Positions 31,221 to 32,000 of a DNA stretch of 32,000 nt are shown one piece after another. Source of the DNA: Mesoplasma florum L1 (GTDB lineage: Bacteria > Bacillota_I > Bacilli_A > Mycoplasmatales > Mycoplasmataceae); the NCBI RefSeq assembly GCF_000008305.1, contig NC_006055.1, forward strand, positions 761,225 through 793,224, given 5' to 3'. The translations under genes were made by a program, and so were the position numbers. Positions within the stretch are counted from its first letter, which is position 1. Each line of letters opens with the position of its first letter. The notes beneath the pieces were generated by a model. The model saw only the letters and a list, made by a program, of their open reading frames with translations. It was not told where the DNA came from and did not search any database.

Positions 31221-31553
31221 CTATTTTAAAAATCTAACAACTAATTTGTTTAATTCTTTTTGATTTTGATCAAATGAATTTTGCATCATTCTGTTTCTTG
31301 CAATAATTACAATATCGTATGAGAATTCAGGCAATATCTTTATTTGATCTTGAATCATCATTCTAATTTGTCTTTTAATTTTATTTCTAGTAACTGCGTT
31401 GCCTAATTTTTTACCAACACTTATACCGTATCTAAAATATCCTTTATCGTTTTTAGAATAATAAATTACAAATGCAGAATTTCTATGAAATTCTTGCTTA
31501 CTTATTATTTCTTGAAATTCAAAATTCTTTTTTATAATTTTTTTATTTTTCAT
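31221..31553 (-). CDS. rnpA: Ribonuclease P protein component (110 aa)
   Basis: Intact ORF with the basic RNR-like motif (KKLGNAVTRNKIKRQIR). Conserved rpmH-rnpA-yidC order. Confidence 0.93.
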   Translation of the reverse strand: MKNKKIIKKNFEFQEIISKQEFHRNSAFVIYYSKNDKGYFRYGISVGKKLGNAVTRNKIKRQIRMMIQDQIKILPEFSYDIVIIARNRMMQNSFDQNQKELNKLVVRFLK

Positions 31554-31565
31554 TTCACAAAAAAA

Positions 31566-31700
31566 TTAAGCAGTTAATTTAGCTCTACCTTTTGCTCTAC
31601 GAGCTTTGATAACTTTTCTTCCATTTTTAGTAGCCATTCTAGCTCTAAAACCGTGAACACGAGCGTGTTTAATTTTTGATGGTTGTCAAGTTCTTTTCAT
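31566..31700 (-). CDS. rpmH: 50S ribosomal protein L34 (44 aa)
   Basis: Hand translation: [44 protein letters not shown] (W is TGA). SD AAAAGGGGG. TAA stop at 31566-31568. It was missed by the track. Confidence 0.97.
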
Positions 31701-31845
31701 TGTATTCAAACCCCCTTTTAAAGTTGATAATTCTTGTTAATTATAATATAAGTGCTGGAAAAAGTATAGTTTTTTATTGTTATTTTTAAGAAAATTTATC
31801 CATTGTGTTTTTATATGAACTTTTTCAACATTTTTTATAACCTTT

Positions 31846-31862
31846 TGTGGAAAAGTGGAAAA
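31846..31862 (-). promoter_or_regulatory. Two tandem DnaA-box variants
   Basis: The + strand reads TGTGGAAAA (31846-31854), the reverse complement of TTTTCCACA, one mismatch from TTATCCACA. It overlaps by one base AGTGGAAAA (31854-31862), the reverse complement of TTTTCCACT, two mismatches. Confidence 0.6.
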
Positions 31863-31933
31863 AAGATATATAAATACTAAACTATTGCTTTTTAGTGTTA
31901 TTCATTATGTTTATTTCTTTTTAAAATATTTTT

Positions 31934-31954
31934 TTATCCACACATTGTGGAAAA
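31934..31954. promoter_or_regulatory. Convergent DnaA-box pair (one perfect)
   Basis: TTATCCACA (31934-31942, perfect consensus on +), then cat, then TGTGGAAAA (31946-31954), which is TTTTCCACA on the minus strand. Confidence 0.8.
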
Positions 31955-32000
31955 CTTTTATTATTATGTGTTTTAATTTATTTTATGAAGGGGAATTAAT

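Larger units (their letters stand above)
31701..32000. other. oriC / dnaA-upstream intergenic region
   Basis: This 300-nt very AT-rich non-coding stretch follows rpmH. It holds at least four DnaA boxes plus a weaker TTATCCATT at 31796-31804. The window ends in GAAGGGGAATTAAT, which is SD-like, as expected just before the dnaA ATG. Confidence 0.75.

Noticed and set aside
1-32000. Apparent pseudogenes: genes broken into 2-3 pieces in the ORF track.
   Set aside because: All the breaks are TGA codons in a single frame, often at conserved Trp positions. The cause is genetic code 4, not gene decay. I saw no true frameshift or premature TAA/TAG in any re-joined gene.
31985-32000. A mini-ORF ATG AAG GGG AAT TAA at the window edge.
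   Set aside because: It is only 4 codons long. The GAAGGGG within it is better explained as the SD for a gene (probably dnaA) that starts just beyond the window.
1-32000. I searched for mobile elements, prophage remnants, toxin-antitoxin pairs, restriction-modification or other defence islands, and rRNA or tRNA genes.
   Set aside because: Nothing is recognisable. There are no transposase or integrase-like ORFs and no inverted terminal repeats. The only methyltransferase (23752-24474) has the YabB/TrmN6 housekeeping context and no partner endonuclease. The only structured RNAs found are ffs and the riboswitch.

Overview
This is an AT-rich Mollicutes-type chromosome segment that is read with genetic code 4 (TGA = Trp). 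The supplied six-frame track used the standard code. It therefore splits almost every real gene into pieces, and I re-joined those pieces by hand. The window appears to be the roughly 32 kb that lead up to oriC and dnaA. It ends in rnpA, rpmH, a cluster of DnaA boxes (including a perfect TTATCCACA) and an SD-like GAAGGGG at the window edge. All genes except topA and one MBL-fold hydrolase lie on the minus strand, co-oriented with replication leaving oriC. Gene order from left to right on the + coordinates:
- topA (partial), a RecB-family PD-(D/E)xK nuclease, an MBL hydrolase and a 4-TM protein
- a uracil/xanthine permease preceded by a leader ORF and a terminator
- a YgjP-like HExxH hydrolase, ychF, a DUF951 gene, rsmG, pgsA and an APC permease
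- a riboswitch-controlled nucleoside salvage operon (BMP lipoprotein, ABC ATPase, two permeases, deoD)
- an unusual membrane-anchored HU-fold protein with H1-like repeats
- mnmG, ftsH, tilS, a YabB-like methyltransferase, holB, tmk, recR, dnaX, tadA and SRP RNA
- a Cof-type HAD hydrolase, yidC, rnpA and rpmH

I found no mobile elements, CRISPR arrays, rRNA or tRNA genes, or recognisable defence systems. The observations most worth follow-up are:
- the transmembrane-plus-HU fusion protein
- a purine-riboswitch-fold aptamer with 2'-dG-variant-like features upstream of the nucleoside importer
- a pyrBI-style leader ORF whose stop codon sits inside a terminator just upstream of the uracil permease
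- a 257-aa coiled-coil tail on an ABC permease

The gene content and the riboswitch type fit a Mesoplasma/Entomoplasma-like organism. I cannot confirm the species without a database search.
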